From: an uncultured Alphaproteobacteria bacterium
GTDB taxonomy: Bacteria > Pseudomonadota > Alphaproteobacteria > Rs-D84
Direction: 5' to 3'
DNA: 64,000 bases
NCBI GenBank assembly: GCA_944389135.1
Contig: CALXLG010000004.1
Span: forward strand, 2,413 to 66,412
Under the pieces are notes generated by a model. That model did not search any database. It was given only the letters and a program-made list of their open reading frames with translations, and had not been told where the DNA came from. The first letter of the stretch is position 1; each line of letters starts with the position of its first letter. A program made the translations under genes and the position numbers. Below are positions 50,380 to 60,189 of this stretch, in pieces.

Positions 50380-50845
50380 ATTCTAAAAATTCATCAATCT
50401 TTGTTTTACCATTAACAACAGCAGGTGTTTCTTGACTCAAAGTCTTTGGATTGATAACTATTATTTCTTCGTTTTTAGGTACAGAAAATCTGTGTGTAAT
50501 ATAAGAATTACGACGTAAGAAAGGCACTTCTAAGTTATAAACATCGTGCTTTGGTAATTCCACAATTTTTTCAACATTGCGCCCAACCCATATTGTTGGT
50601 CCCCAGATAATTTCTGTTTTCGCTTTGTGCCCTTCTATATCAAAAACAAATCTATACCCTAATTTGAAAACAGGAGGATTTGCATTTATAGAAACATTTG
50701 CTGTTATTGGTTTGCCTGTTGAAGAATATATTTTTGTAAAATTAAACTGTTCTATGAATTTTTTTACTTCTTCTGAATTTGAAAACTCTTTATAAATAGT
50801 ATTATATAAATTCGTTTCAAAAACAAAACTTGGTTTTATTTTCAT
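50342..50845 (-). CDS. hypothetical protein, tandem paralog A
   Basis: Shares an N-terminal FxFxTxxYNxxYKEF pattern and an IxWGP motif with the adjacent ORF. Confidence 0.5.
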   Translation of the reverse strand: MKIKPSFVFETNLYNTIYKEFSNSEEVKKFIEQFNFTKIYSSTGKPITANVSINANPPVFKLGYRFVFDIEGHKAKTEIIWGPTIWVGRNVEKIVELPKHDVYNLEVPFLRRNSYITHRFSVPKNEEIIVINPKTLSQETPAVVNGKTKIDEFLEFVSNQKMVLKVR

Positions 50846-50856
50846 TTTATAACCTT

Positions 50857-51351
50857 TTATCTATATTTTAACTTATAGCTTTCTTTAGCCGCATGTACCA
50901 GAAACTTAACAAGTTCGGTCTTTGGTTTTTTGCGCTTTGGCCATATCTGTCGCATAGAAACAAGGTCTATTATGGCGTCTGCCATATTTTTATTAAATCT
51001 TATTTCTTGATACTCACGATAAACAACACTAGAAACATCAGATGTTTCTTTTTTATCCATAGGTACTTTTACAAAAATTCTGCCTTTTGCATCTTCTCTA
51101 ACCTCAGACCCAACGATAAACCTTGGCCCCCACTTTATATTAGATTTACAAAAGTCGCCATTTACATGCACCCCAAAACAACACCCCAACTGAAACTCGG
51201 GTAGTCCCGTTGGAACATTGCTAATTGCATGAGATTGCATAAAATCAAAACTATGTAAAAAATTTTTTAACTCATCAGAGCTATAAAACTCTTTATACTG
51301 CGGATTATAGAACGGTGTTTTAAATATGAACAAAGTCTTTATACGCACCAC
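50857..51351 (-). CDS. hypothetical protein, tandem paralog B
   Basis: Paralog of 50342-50845, similar in length with shared motifs. Confidence 0.5.
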   Translation of the reverse strand: MVRIKTLFIFKTPFYNPQYKEFYSSDELKNFLHSFDFMQSHAISNVPTGLPEFQLGCCFGVHVNGDFCKSNIKWGPRFIVGSEVREDAKGRIFVKVPMDKKETSDVSSVVYREYQEIRFNKNMADAIIDLVSMRQIWPKRKKPKTELVKFLVHAAKESYKLKYR

Positions 51352-51361
51352 TTATTTTCCT

Positions 51362-53893
51362 TTATCCGAATAAGTTTAACTGTTTTTTTGCCTCTGGTTG
51401 CGAAACTTTCGTTTGCGCATGCGTCTTTTTTACCGGTTTTTCCGGCAAATCTTGACACAATGTTGCATTATGCTCCTCCAACCCGGCTAGAACGTTTTCA
51501 GCACGTAAAACGACCGATTCGGGCATTCCCGCCATTTTTGCCACATGTATACCATAAGACCGATTCGCAACACCTGCAACAATTTTATGCATAAATATTA
51601 TTTCATTATTATGTTCACGTACATCAATCGTCAAACAAGAAACATTTTGCAGTTGCCCTTTTTCACACCCAACCAATGTCGTCAATTCATGATAATGCGT
51701 TGCAAACAAAGTTCTTGGTTGCAGGTCATTTAGATATTCTAAGACCGCCTGTGCAATTGCCATACCGTCATAAGTTGCTGTACCGCGCCCTATTTCATCA
51801 AAAATTATAAAAGATTCTTTTGTTGCACGGCGTAGAATATTTGCAGTCTCGCTCATTTCCACCATAAATGTAGATTGTCCTGCTGCCAAATTATCTGATG
51901 CACCCACGCGACTAAATAGCTGGTCACAAATACCAATTGTTGCACGCGTTGCCGGAACAAAAGACCCCATATGCGCCAAGACAACTAACAGCGCATTCTG
52001 TCGCAAATACGTTGATTTACCAGCCATATTTGGCCCAGTTAATAAAGCAATTGATTTCAAATTTAAATTACAATCATTCTTTACAAAATTATCACCACGT
52101 CCTCGTAGAACAAACTCTATAACAGGATGTCGCCCGCCAACAACATCAAAAGCTGTATCTTCTGTAATTGCCGGCCTTACCCATGAATATTTGTCTGCAA
52201 CAACAGCCAGCGAATACCAAACATCTAAATCAGCCAACAATTCTGCCGTTGATAATAAATCGTCTGACGCAGCGCGTATTTTATTAATTAATTCTGAAAT
52301 TATATCAGCTTCTATTGCGGCAGACTTTTCAGCAGCACTTCGAACATCATTATCTAAATCTATCAATTTAGCAGTGGTAAAGCGCACATTCCCTGCCATC
52401 GTTTGACGATGAATAAAACCAGATTCTGGTTTCATTAGGCTATCTGCCCTAGCACTTGGTACTTCTATAAAATACCCTAAAATATTATTGTATTTTATCT
52501 TTAAAGTATGAACACCCGTTATTGTTGCATACTCTGCCTGCATACTAGCAATCGTTTCTTTTGCGCCATGTGCCAGCCCACGCATATGATCCAAAGAAAT
52601 ATTAAAACCACTTCTTATAACGCCACCATCACGAAAGAATGTCGGTAATTCATCTGCCAGTGCAGAACTTAACTCTGCCGCCAAATTATCATGCGTTTTA
52701 ATTTCAGAAAACCTAGCAGCAAAATTAGCGTCCAAGCGGGTCGCCAGCATTTTTGCATTCGGTAATTCTATTAAAAAGTCTGCAATATGACGCATATCAC
52801 GTGGTGTACCGCGCCCTGCTAATAATCTTGATAAACTGCGCCCAACGTCTGGAACAGATGACAACATAGCAGCGACACTAGTCATCACATCTGGATTTAT
52901 CAAAAAGTGCCCGATATGTTCTTGACGGCGCTGTATCTCGCCAATATCACCAGACAATGTACGCAAATAAGAACGTAATTTTCTAGCACCTGCCGCTGTT
53001 TTTGTATTATCCAAAACATCTATCAAACAAGTTCCACCGTCATTAATTGGCGCATCTATTTCTAAACTTTTCCAAGTCGCAGAATCTATTAACAGTTGTC
53101 GGCCAGATTTATAAACATATGGTGCACGAAAAGCAATTGATGCGCCACGCTGTGTATTAAACAAATACCCCGCAAGCAATGCCACTGCACTTTGAGAATT
53201 TTGTATATCATCGTCTGTCCGAACCGTGCCACCAAAAACCTTTGAAACAATCTGTCCGATATCAGCACGTCTATATAACTTTTCATAAACAGGGGTTGTT
53301 TTGAAAACATCACGCAGATGCATTATTGTTTTTTCTTCCGCCAAAGCTTCTGGATAAATAACTTCTGCAGGATTAATTCGAACCAAATCATCCAAAACAT
53401 CTGCAGTTTGCCCAACAAAGAACTCACCCGTTGAAATATCGCACCCTGCAATATCAAATTTTCCGTCCAGCAAAGCAACAACAGATACCAAGAAATTTGA
53501 GTTCTTTGGCGTTAATAAATTCTCATCTGTCAACGTACCTGGCGTTAATACACGAATTACTTTTCGTTCAATAAATTTATGACCACGCGCCTTGGCTTCG
53601 GCCGGCGTTTCCATTTGTTCTACCAGTGCAACCCTGAACCCTGCCCTGACAAGACGTCCAAAATAATTATCCGCTGCATGCCAAGGAATACCACACATTG
53701 GTATATTTTCACCGTCACCGTCCGTACCACGTTGAGTTAAAACTAAACCTAAATTTTCGCTTATTATTTTAGCATCTTCAAAAAATGCCTCATAAAAATC
53801 ACCCAAGCGGAACATTAACAACGCATCCGGATTTTCCGCTTTCATATCAACATATTGTTGCATTACTGGGGTTAATTTACTTTTATCCGCCAC
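51362..53893 (-). CDS. mutS: DNA mismatch repair protein MutS
   Basis: Walker A GPNMAGKST, the MutS domains, and an FATHYHELT motif. Confidence 0.95.
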   Translation of the reverse strand: MADKSKLTPVMQQYVDMKAENPDALLMFRLGDFYEAFFEDAKIISENLGLVLTQRGTDGDGENIPMCGIPWHAADNYFGRLVRAGFRVALVEQMETPAEAKARGHKFIERKVIRVLTPGTLTDENLLTPKNSNFLVSVVALLDGKFDIAGCDISTGEFFVGQTADVLDDLVRINPAEVIYPEALAEEKTIMHLRDVFKTTPVYEKLYRRADIGQIVSKVFGGTVRTDDDIQNSQSAVALLAGYLFNTQRGASIAFRAPYVYKSGRQLLIDSATWKSLEIDAPINDGGTCLIDVLDNTKTAAGARKLRSYLRTLSGDIGEIQRRQEHIGHFLINPDVMTSVAAMLSSVPDVGRSLSRLLAGRGTPRDMRHIADFLIELPNAKMLATRLDANFAARFSEIKTHDNLAAELSSALADELPTFFRDGGVIRSGFNISLDHMRGLAHGAKETIASMQAEYATITGVHTLKIKYNNILGYFIEVPSARADSLMKPESGFIHRQTMAGNVRFTTAKLIDLDNDVRSAAEKSAAIEADIISELINKIRAASDDLLSTAELLADLDVWYSLAVVADKYSWVRPAITEDTAFDVVGGRHPVIEFVLRGRGDNFVKNDCNLNLKSIALLTGPNMAGKSTYLRQNALLVVLAHMGSFVPATRATIGICDQLFSRVGASDNLAAGQSTFMVEMSETANILRRATKESFIIFDEIGRGTATYDGMAIAQAVLEYLNDLQPRTLFATHYHELTTLVGCEKGQLQNVSCLTIDVREHNNEIIFMHKIVAGVANRSYGIHVAKMAGMPESVVLRAENVLAGLEEHNATLCQDLPEKPVKKTHAQTKVSQPEAKKQLNLFG

Positions 53894-53905
53894 GACAAAT
53901 TCCGT

Positions 53906-54106
53906 TTATGCTTGTGTACTTACCTTCAACGTTTCTATTTTTAACTCTGCTTCTTTTAACAACTGCTCACAATAAGCTTTTAATTTTATGCCCTGCTCAT
54001 ACGCAGCAACAGAATCAGCCAAAGACAACTCCCCTGCTTCCATTTTTTTTACAAGTTCTGTTAATTGTTTATACGCTTCTTCAAAAGATAACTTTTTATC
54101 GTCCAT
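53906..54106 (-). CDS. xseB: exodeoxyribonuclease VII small subunit
   Basis: LSFEEAYKQLTELVKKMEAGELSL matches the XseB helix-hairpin. Confidence 0.6.
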   Translation of the reverse strand: MDDKKLSFEEAYKQLTELVKKMEAGELSLADSVAAYEQGIKLKAYCEQLLKEAELKIETLKVSTQA

Positions 54107-54197
54107 AACACGTCCCTTTTTCTTATTAGAGAACATACAAAATTAAAATAAAAAACGCAAATGAAATAAAAAAAATTCCCGTATAAAACGGGGATTT

Positions 54198-54710
54198 TTA
54201 TTTTGCCGGTGCAATCAATATAGACTTTGTTCTTTCGTCTGGTTTTGACTTAGTTTCCAATGTCCCTTTATCACCGACTAACTCTAATATTCTGGCAAAC
54301 AATTCAGGAATTGCATCTTTTCCACGCGCCAAAACTTTTTTTGACCCACGCGTCATAACAGAAATTTTTACCTTATTGCCTTCGCCTAAGAATTCAAAAA
54401 CTTTTTTTAACTTTATGTTCAAGTCATTTTCTTCAATAAAAGGTTTTACCCAAACTTCTTTGACTTCAACTGTCTTCTGATTTTTTCTGGCTTCACTGGC
54501 ACGCTTTTTTTGTTCGTACTTAAACTTGCCGTAATCCATTATCTTAACAATAGGTGCATCTGCATTTGCATTTAGTTCTACTAAATCCAACCCTTCATCT
54601 GCAGCCAACTGTAAAGCCTGCGCTGTTGGCATAACACCCAAATTCTGACCAGTTGCACTAATTACTTGCACCGCTTTTGCAAATATACGATTGTTTATAC
54701 GTGGTCCCAT
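54198..54710 (-). CDS. infC: translation initiation factor IF-3
   Basis: The N- and C-domains align with IF-3 (IVKIMDYGKFKYEQ). Confidence 0.85.
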   Translation of the reverse strand: MGPRINNRIFAKAVQVISATGQNLGVMPTAQALQLAADEGLDLVELNANADAPIVKIMDYGKFKYEQKKRASEARKNQKTVEVKEVWVKPFIEENDLNIKLKKVFEFLGEGNKVKISVMTRGSKKVLARGKDAIPELFARILELVGDKGTLETKSKPDERTKSILIAPAK

Positions 54711-54785
54711 GTCCCGACGATTATCACGGTTAAATGTTGGTTTAATGGTATACTCCTTTTTGATTTATGCGGAAATTATTAACTA

Positions 54786-55559
54786 TTAATCAAAACTTTT
54801 CAACAAATTTTGCACTGTTTGCAATGCTGTCCATGCATCTCTTTTTGCTGTTGGTTTTAACATCAAATAATTTGGATGAAATATTGGAACACAAACCGCA
54901 CCAGAATCTAAGCTTATAACCTCGCCATGACTTTTAGGCAAAGCCACACCAGCAATTTCTATTGCCGCCAAAGTACCTAACGTTAATAAAACATGCGGAT
55001 TTAAAAGATTTAGTGCTTTTTTAACAAACGGTTTTGCTAAATCTAATTCACTTCTATTAGGCGTTCTTCCACCAGGTGTTCGCCAAAATATCAACGGCAA
55101 AATAGACACATTTTCACGCGTCATACCAATTGCCATCAGCATTTTGTCTAACAAATCACCTGCCCCACCAGACAAAATCTTACCACTTGCATCATCTTCG
55201 CTGCTGGGTACATCTGTGATTATAACCAAACCATTAGGGTTACTTGCGACATGTGGTAAAACAACATTCGTTGCCCCCGCACGTAACGGATGGTTAAATT
55301 CAGCAATCATTCTATTAAGTGCCGCCATATCATTTGGGCGTGCCGCCATAGCCGCCGCAGTATCTACAGACATAGGCGCAATTGGCATAACAGGTGGCAC
55401 AATAGACGTTTGTGTTCTGGTAGACAAAGCAATATCTATATTCTTTTTATCGCCATTTGCATCAGATAAAACATTTTGTGTTTTAACCATAAACGAATTA
55501 TCTGTCAATTCCCAACGTACACCAGCCAGAACTAAATCTTGTAAATCAACATTACTCAC
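54786..55559 (-). CDS. uracil-DNA glycosylase superfamily (family-4-like) protein, divergent
   Basis: GKILSGGAGDLLDKML matches the family-4 UDG motif B region. The GEGPG catalytic motif and the Fe-S Cys ligands are absent. Confidence 0.45.
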   Translation of the reverse strand: MSNVDLQDLVLAGVRWELTDNSFMVKTQNVLSDANGDKKNIDIALSTRTQTSIVPPVMPIAPMSVDTAAAMAARPNDMAALNRMIAEFNHPLRAGATNVVLPHVASNPNGLVIITDVPSSEDDASGKILSGGAGDLLDKMLMAIGMTRENVSILPLIFWRTPGGRTPNRSELDLAKPFVKKALNLLNPHVLLTLGTLAAIEIAGVALPKSHGEVISLDSGAVCVPIFHPNYLMLKPTAKRDAWTALQTVQNLLKSFD

Positions 55560-55636
55560 TTTTGATTTCCCTTGATTTTTTCAACCTTTTATTATAGACT
55601 AAAACACGAGCAACAAAAACTCAAGGGAGTATTTTC

Positions 55637-56053
55637 ATGAAAATTAAAAACTTTGCTTTGTTGGCTGGTGTTGCAGGTATGTTGGCCGCTTGTGGTGGTT
55701 CTAGCATTGTTGAACCAGCTGATTTGAACGATCAACGCGTTTTCTTCGCGTTTAACTCATCTGAAATATCAGAAGACGCACAGAATAATCTGTTGGGTCA
55801 ATCTTTGTATATGAAGAGCCACCCAGAAACAAAAATCCAAATTGCTGGTAATTGCGACGAACGTGGTTCAACAGAATATAACTTAGCTTTGGGCGCACGC
55901 CGTGCAAATGCTGCAAAGAAAGTTTTGGTAGAAGACGGTATTGATTCTAAACGTATTTCTACAATTTCTTACGGTAAAGAACGTCCATTAGTAAAAGGTA
56001 CAGGCGAAGAAGTCTGGAAATGGAACCGTAATGCTACAACAACAGTAAAATAA
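55637..56053 (+). CDS. pal: peptidoglycan-associated lipoprotein
   Basis: Lipobox LAAC. OmpA-like domain with NCDERGSTEYNLALGARRA. Confidence 0.8.
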   Translation: MKIKNFALLAGVAGMLAACGGSSIVEPADLNDQRVFFAFNSSEISEDAQNNLLGQSLYMKSHPETKIQIAGNCDERGSTEYNLALGARRANAAKKVLVEDGIDSKRISTISYGKERPLVKGTGEEVWKWNRNATTTVK

Positions 56054-56076
56054 TTGTTGTATAAAAAACATAATAA

Positions 56077-56106
56077 AAACACCGGTAAATACCGGTGTTT
56101 TTATTT
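56077..56106. terminator. bidirectional terminator
   Basis: acaccggtaaataccggtgt flanked by A- and T-runs. Confidence 0.6.
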
Positions 56107-56976
56107 GGTTAACTTTTCAATTAATTCTTGCATTTGCATGCGCGTTGCAAACGAAAGAACTATTTGCCCTGCCCCACCACGCTTTTCTTGAAGTTTAACA
56201 GGCACACCTAATACGGACTTTATTCTGTTTTCTATATCCTTTACAGTATCCGCATCTATTGTATTTGAACTATGCGCACGACTTTTTACTGACCTAGCAG
56301 ATATTTTTACCTTTTTTTCGGTTTCTGCGACAGACATCTTATTCGCAATAATTTCATGCGCCAACGCAACGGGATTTTCTGCAACCGCAATCGTTCTAGC
56401 ATGAGATGCCGATATCTTCCCCTGCTCTACCATTTCTTTTACCTCTGCCGGTAATGCAATCAAACGCAAAGAATTTCTTATATAACTTTCTGATTTGCCA
56501 ATAAGCCTTGAAACATCCGCTAATTCATAGCCACATTTATCCATCAGGTTTTCATACGCAGCCGCTTCTTCTATTGGATTCAAGTTTTCACGTTGAACGT
56601 TTTCTATCAACGCAATTTCCATTGCGTTTTCATTCGTTATATTTTTTATTAATGCAGGTATTTCATTCAAACCAGCCATTTTACTGGCACGAAAACGCCG
56701 TTCACCTGCAACAATTTCATACATATACGGTCGTCCTGTTACAGAACGTAATAATATTGGTTGCAGTACACCTTTTTCTTTTATTGATGCCGCCAATTCG
56801 GCTAATTCAGAATCAGAAAAAGTTTTACGTGGCTGGTCGGGATTTGCCCCAATTTGCACCAATGGAATTTGTTTAACAACCACACGTTCACTGCCAGTTA
56901 AAATTGAAATATCTGGAACACTTCCCATTTCTTCTTTTAAATCTGCCAAGCCACGTCCTAATCCAAACTTTGACAT
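56101..56976 (-). CDS. parB: chromosome partitioning protein ParB
   Basis: ParB box GERRFRA and a helix-turn-helix. Confidence 0.9.
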   Translation of the reverse strand: MSKFGLGRGLADLKEEMGSVPDISILTGSERVVVKQIPLVQIGANPDQPRKTFSDSELAELAASIKEKGVLQPILLRSVTGRPYMYEIVAGERRFRASKMAGLNEIPALIKNITNENAMEIALIENVQRENLNPIEEAAAYENLMDKCGYELADVSRLIGKSESYIRNSLRLIALPAEVKEMVEQGKISASHARTIAVAENPVALAHEIIANKMSVAETEKKVKISARSVKSRAHSSNTIDADTVKDIENRIKSVLGVPVKLQEKRGGAGQIVLSFATRMQMQELIEKLTK

Positions 56977-57752
56977 TACTGAACCTCTTTTTCAATTTTT
57001 TGAACAACTTCTGTTGCAACACGTAAATAAGCCTGTGCACCCGAAGAATTAAAATCATAAAACAAGGCCGGCTTTCCATGACTTGGCGCCTCTGACACAC
57101 GAACATTTCTTGGAACAACAGTCTTAAAAACCTTATCACCGAAAGTACTTCTAACATCATCTTCTACAGCGCGCGTCAACCCATATCTTTTATCATACAT
57201 CGTCAACAACACACCTAAAATATCCAATTCTGGATTCCATTTATTTTTTATTTCTTTAATAGAATTTATCAGATGACTTATACCTTCCAATGCATAGAAC
57301 TCGCACTGCAACGGAATAATTACATGATTTGCCGTTGTTAAAGCATTCAAAGTCAAGAAACCTAACGCAGGTGGACAATCTAACAATATATAATCATAAT
57401 GTTCCATTATAGGTCTTAACGCATCACGCAATCTGTATTCACGATTTTCAATATCCAACAAATCAACTTCTGCACCGGCCAAAGCCATAGAAGACGGTAA
57501 AATATGCAATCCTTGCACCGCAGTAGACAATATATTATCTGCCGCATTTGCAGTCCCCATTATAACGCCATAAACACTCTGACGATGTGAAGCACGAACA
57601 AAGCCAAGTCCTGTTCCGGCATTTCCCTGTGGGTCTAAATCTATTAAAAGAACTCTTTTTTTAATTGCTGCCAATGACGCGGCTATATTAATCGCAGTTG
57701 TTGTTTTCCCAACACCACCTTTTTGATTTGCAAAAGCTATTATTTTCGTCAT
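56976..57752 (-). CDS. parA: chromosome partitioning ATPase ParA/Soj
   Basis: Deviant Walker A KGGVGKTT. Confidence 0.9.
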   Translation of the reverse strand: MTKIIAFANQKGGVGKTTTAINIAASLAAIKKRVLLIDLDPQGNAGTGLGFVRASHRQSVYGVIMGTANAADNILSTAVQGLHILPSSMALAGAEVDLLDIENREYRLRDALRPIMEHYDYILLDCPPALGFLTLNALTTANHVIIPLQCEFYALEGISHLINSIKEIKNKWNPELDILGVLLTMYDKRYGLTRAVEDDVRSTFGDKVFKTVVPRNVRVSEAPSHGKPALFYDFNSSGAQAYLRVATEVVQKIEKEVQ

Positions 57753-57876
57753 ACTTTCCTTCCAAACAAGTATTAAAAATTTCTAACAAAAATAGAATAT
57801 AAAAAACACACCACACACGTCAAGAAAATTATATTTAAAAAAATAAAAATATACTTAAAACAATACATTATCCAAA

Positions 57877-57987
57877 ATTTCATATGAAATAAAAACATTA
57901 TTACATAACATAATAAAAGTACAAAAACCGGCATTTTAATAAAAAACAGCTAAAAGCAATAAGTTATATTTTGTTTCATATGAAATT
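57877..57987. promoter_or_regulatory. two parS-like palindromes (TTTCATATGAAA core)
   Basis: Exact 13-nt repeat tttcatatgaaat at 57878-57890 and 57974-57986. Copy 2 (tGTTTCAtaTGAAAtt) resembles the parS consensus tGTTTCACGTGAAACa. A DnaA-box-like ttatccaaa lies at 57868-57876. Confidence 0.35.
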
Positions 57988-58546
57988 ACTGCACATTTTC
58001 AATAATTATTATAAACCCATCGCCGGTTTTTGACGGAATCAATTTATAATCAAACTTATACTTTTTTTGTGCCGTATCAATTTCTGTTTTTATTTCCCGG
58101 CCTTTTAATAAAAAAAGCCGGCATTTTGTTTTAGCAACATAATCTAAAATTTTTACCAATGGTGCAAACGCACGCGCCGTAAACACAATATTTTTATTTT
58201 TTCGGGGCAGGGCAGCCACATAATTTTCCACGCGTCCATTATAAATCGTCAAATTATCCAACGACAAAGACATTTTAACCGCATTTAAAAACGCCGCTTT
58301 TTTACCGATAGATTCTATACAAACAACATTCCATCCAAGTATTGCAAGTACAACCCCAGGAAAGCCCGCACCACTGCCCAAATCTATAACATTAACATCT
58401 TTAGGCAAGACGTCAGCAAGCTGCGCCGAATCAGCAAAATGCCTGTTTTCAATGTCATTTAAAGTGCTGGGGGCGACCAAGTTTATTCGTTTTGACCATT
58501 CGCGCAGCAATTGTGCATATAAAATAAATTTCTCTTTATTATTCAT
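57986..58546 (-). CDS. rsmG: 16S rRNA (guanine527-N7)-methyltransferase RsmG/GidB
   Basis: SAM-binding DLGSGAGFPG motif. Adjacent to parA as in many genomes. Confidence 0.85.
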   Translation of the reverse strand: MNNKEKFILYAQLLREWSKRINLVAPSTLNDIENRHFADSAQLADVLPKDVNVIDLGSGAGFPGVVLAILGWNVVCIESIGKKAAFLNAVKMSLSLDNLTIYNGRVENYVAALPRKNKNIVFTARAFAPLVKILDYVAKTKCRLFLLKGREIKTEIDTAQKKYKFDYKLIPSKTGDGFIIIIENVQ

Positions 58547-58572
58547 AAAGATTATTGTAGCATAACTTTCAC

Positions 58573-60189
58573 ATGAAAAAAGCAGAATCTTTATTTACAG
58601 GCATTGCATTGGTTGCCGTTATTGCAGTAATGGGGGGTGCCTTATGGTACCACAACCAAAAAGACAATGCATCGATTAACAATATTTATCCAACAACTAA
58701 GTATGGTGCATTTCTTGCCGCACAGCATGCTATTTATGTCAATGACTTTGAAAATGCTGCTAAATTCTCGGCAGAATTAAAAGACGTTAACTATACAATT
58801 GTACAAAATACTAAGTTTATTTCAGAATTTCTTAGCGGCAAAATGCCAGAAGAGGTAGAAATTCTAAAAGACGAAAAAGCGACAGCTTCTCGTCTTATTT
58901 ATGATGCTTACCTTCTGACTAAAGACAATTGGAAAGAATTGTATAATCGTCATAAAAAAGATGAGTCAGCACTTGCCGCACCACTAAGAATTTGGTCTTC
59001 TGTTGCGACAGAGCACGAAAAAGACGCATTAAAATTTATAGACGATTTGCCTACAAATAACTCTTGGAAAGATTTTGTGCGTGGTCAAATCTATGCAGAA
59101 AAAGGCGATGCAGAAAAAGCAGCAGAATATTTTGCCAAAGTTCATGTAGATTTTATGAATATTAACGACTACTTATATGTAATGTCGTTTTACCGCCACA
59201 ATAATATGACAGACGCAGAAAACGCATTACGCGACAGTTTTATTGCGCGCCCAGGTGGTATGTTCATGTCAGATTATAACAATGTACCAGATTGGTCTTT
59301 ATATTCTGGTTATAAGAACGCGCTGGCGTTTAGTTTAATTCAGAACGTTTCGCACACACAAATAATGATGTATTCTGACTTGGCAATATTATTACTACGC
59401 TTTGCACAAATTACAGGCCCCAGTTTTGACGCAGAAAATGATGCAATAAATTATTATCTAGGACAATTCTTTTATAATAATGCAGGTGATTACAAAAAGC
59501 ATTTTAAGCAACTTGAACCAGAAAGCCCTTTCTATTTGTTTTCTGTTCTACGCATTGCAGAAAAAAACGGGGACATTCGCACTTTGGAACGTGCTGTAAA
59601 AAAGAATCCGCTTTTTGTTCCTGCAGTAAATAAATTAATCGCTTATCATATACAAAACGGCAATAAGCGCCATGCTTTAAAAATTATAAATATGGCATTG
59701 GAACACGAAAATTTGAACGAAATAGGGCGTGCTTTTTTCTTAAAGAGCAGGGCACAAATATATTACGTTTTTGACGATTTAGATAAAGCGCAAGCAGACC
59801 TACACGAAGCGTCCGTTGTTTTACCTTTAGATAGTGAAATACTATCTTTACAGGCAAAAATATGGGCAGCGCAAAACCGTGAAATAGAAAACGCATACGA
59901 TTACGCAATGATGCTTGTGAAGCAAAATCCGACAGATATTTTTGCATGGGATACCCTTGGATACGTTGTTGCAGTAAGGGAAAGCCCCGAAGAAGCACTT
60001 AGCTTATTATCACGCGTTGGTGAAATTGCTATGACTTGTTCATCTTTGTTTGAACAGTTGGGCGATTTATATATGAAAACAGGAAATAAAAAACTTGCAC
60101 GAGATGCCTATATTCGTGCAATTGAATTATCAGACGATGGTTTAACAATTGTTCCAGAACTTAAAAAGAAACTAAGGAAAGTAAAATGA
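58573..60189 (+). CDS. TPR-like membrane-anchored protein
   Basis: One N-terminal TM helix. Helical repeats. Confidence 0.45.
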   Translation: MKKAESLFTGIALVAVIAVMGGALWYHNQKDNASINNIYPTTKYGAFLAAQHAIYVNDFENAAKFSAELKDVNYTIVQNTKFISEFLSGKMPEEVEILKDEKATASRLIYDAYLLTKDNWKELYNRHKKDESALAAPLRIWSSVATEHEKDALKFIDDLPTNNSWKDFVRGQIYAEKGDAEKAAEYFAKVHVDFMNINDYLYVMSFYRHNNMTDAENALRDSFIARPGGMFMSDYNNVPDWSLYSGYKNALAFSLIQNVSHTQIMMYSDLAILLLRFAQITGPSFDAENDAINYYLGQFFYNNAGDYKKHFKQLEPESPFYLFSVLRIAEKNGDIRTLERAVKKNPLFVPAVNKLIAYHIQNGNKRHALKIINMALEHENLNEIGRAFFLKSRAQIYYVFDDLDKAQADLHEASVVLPLDSEILSLQAKIWAAQNREIENAYDYAMMLVKQNPTDIFAWDTLGYVVAVRESPEEALSLLSRVGEIAMTCSSLFEQLGDLYMKTGNKKLARDAYIRAIELSDDGLTIVPELKKKLRKVK

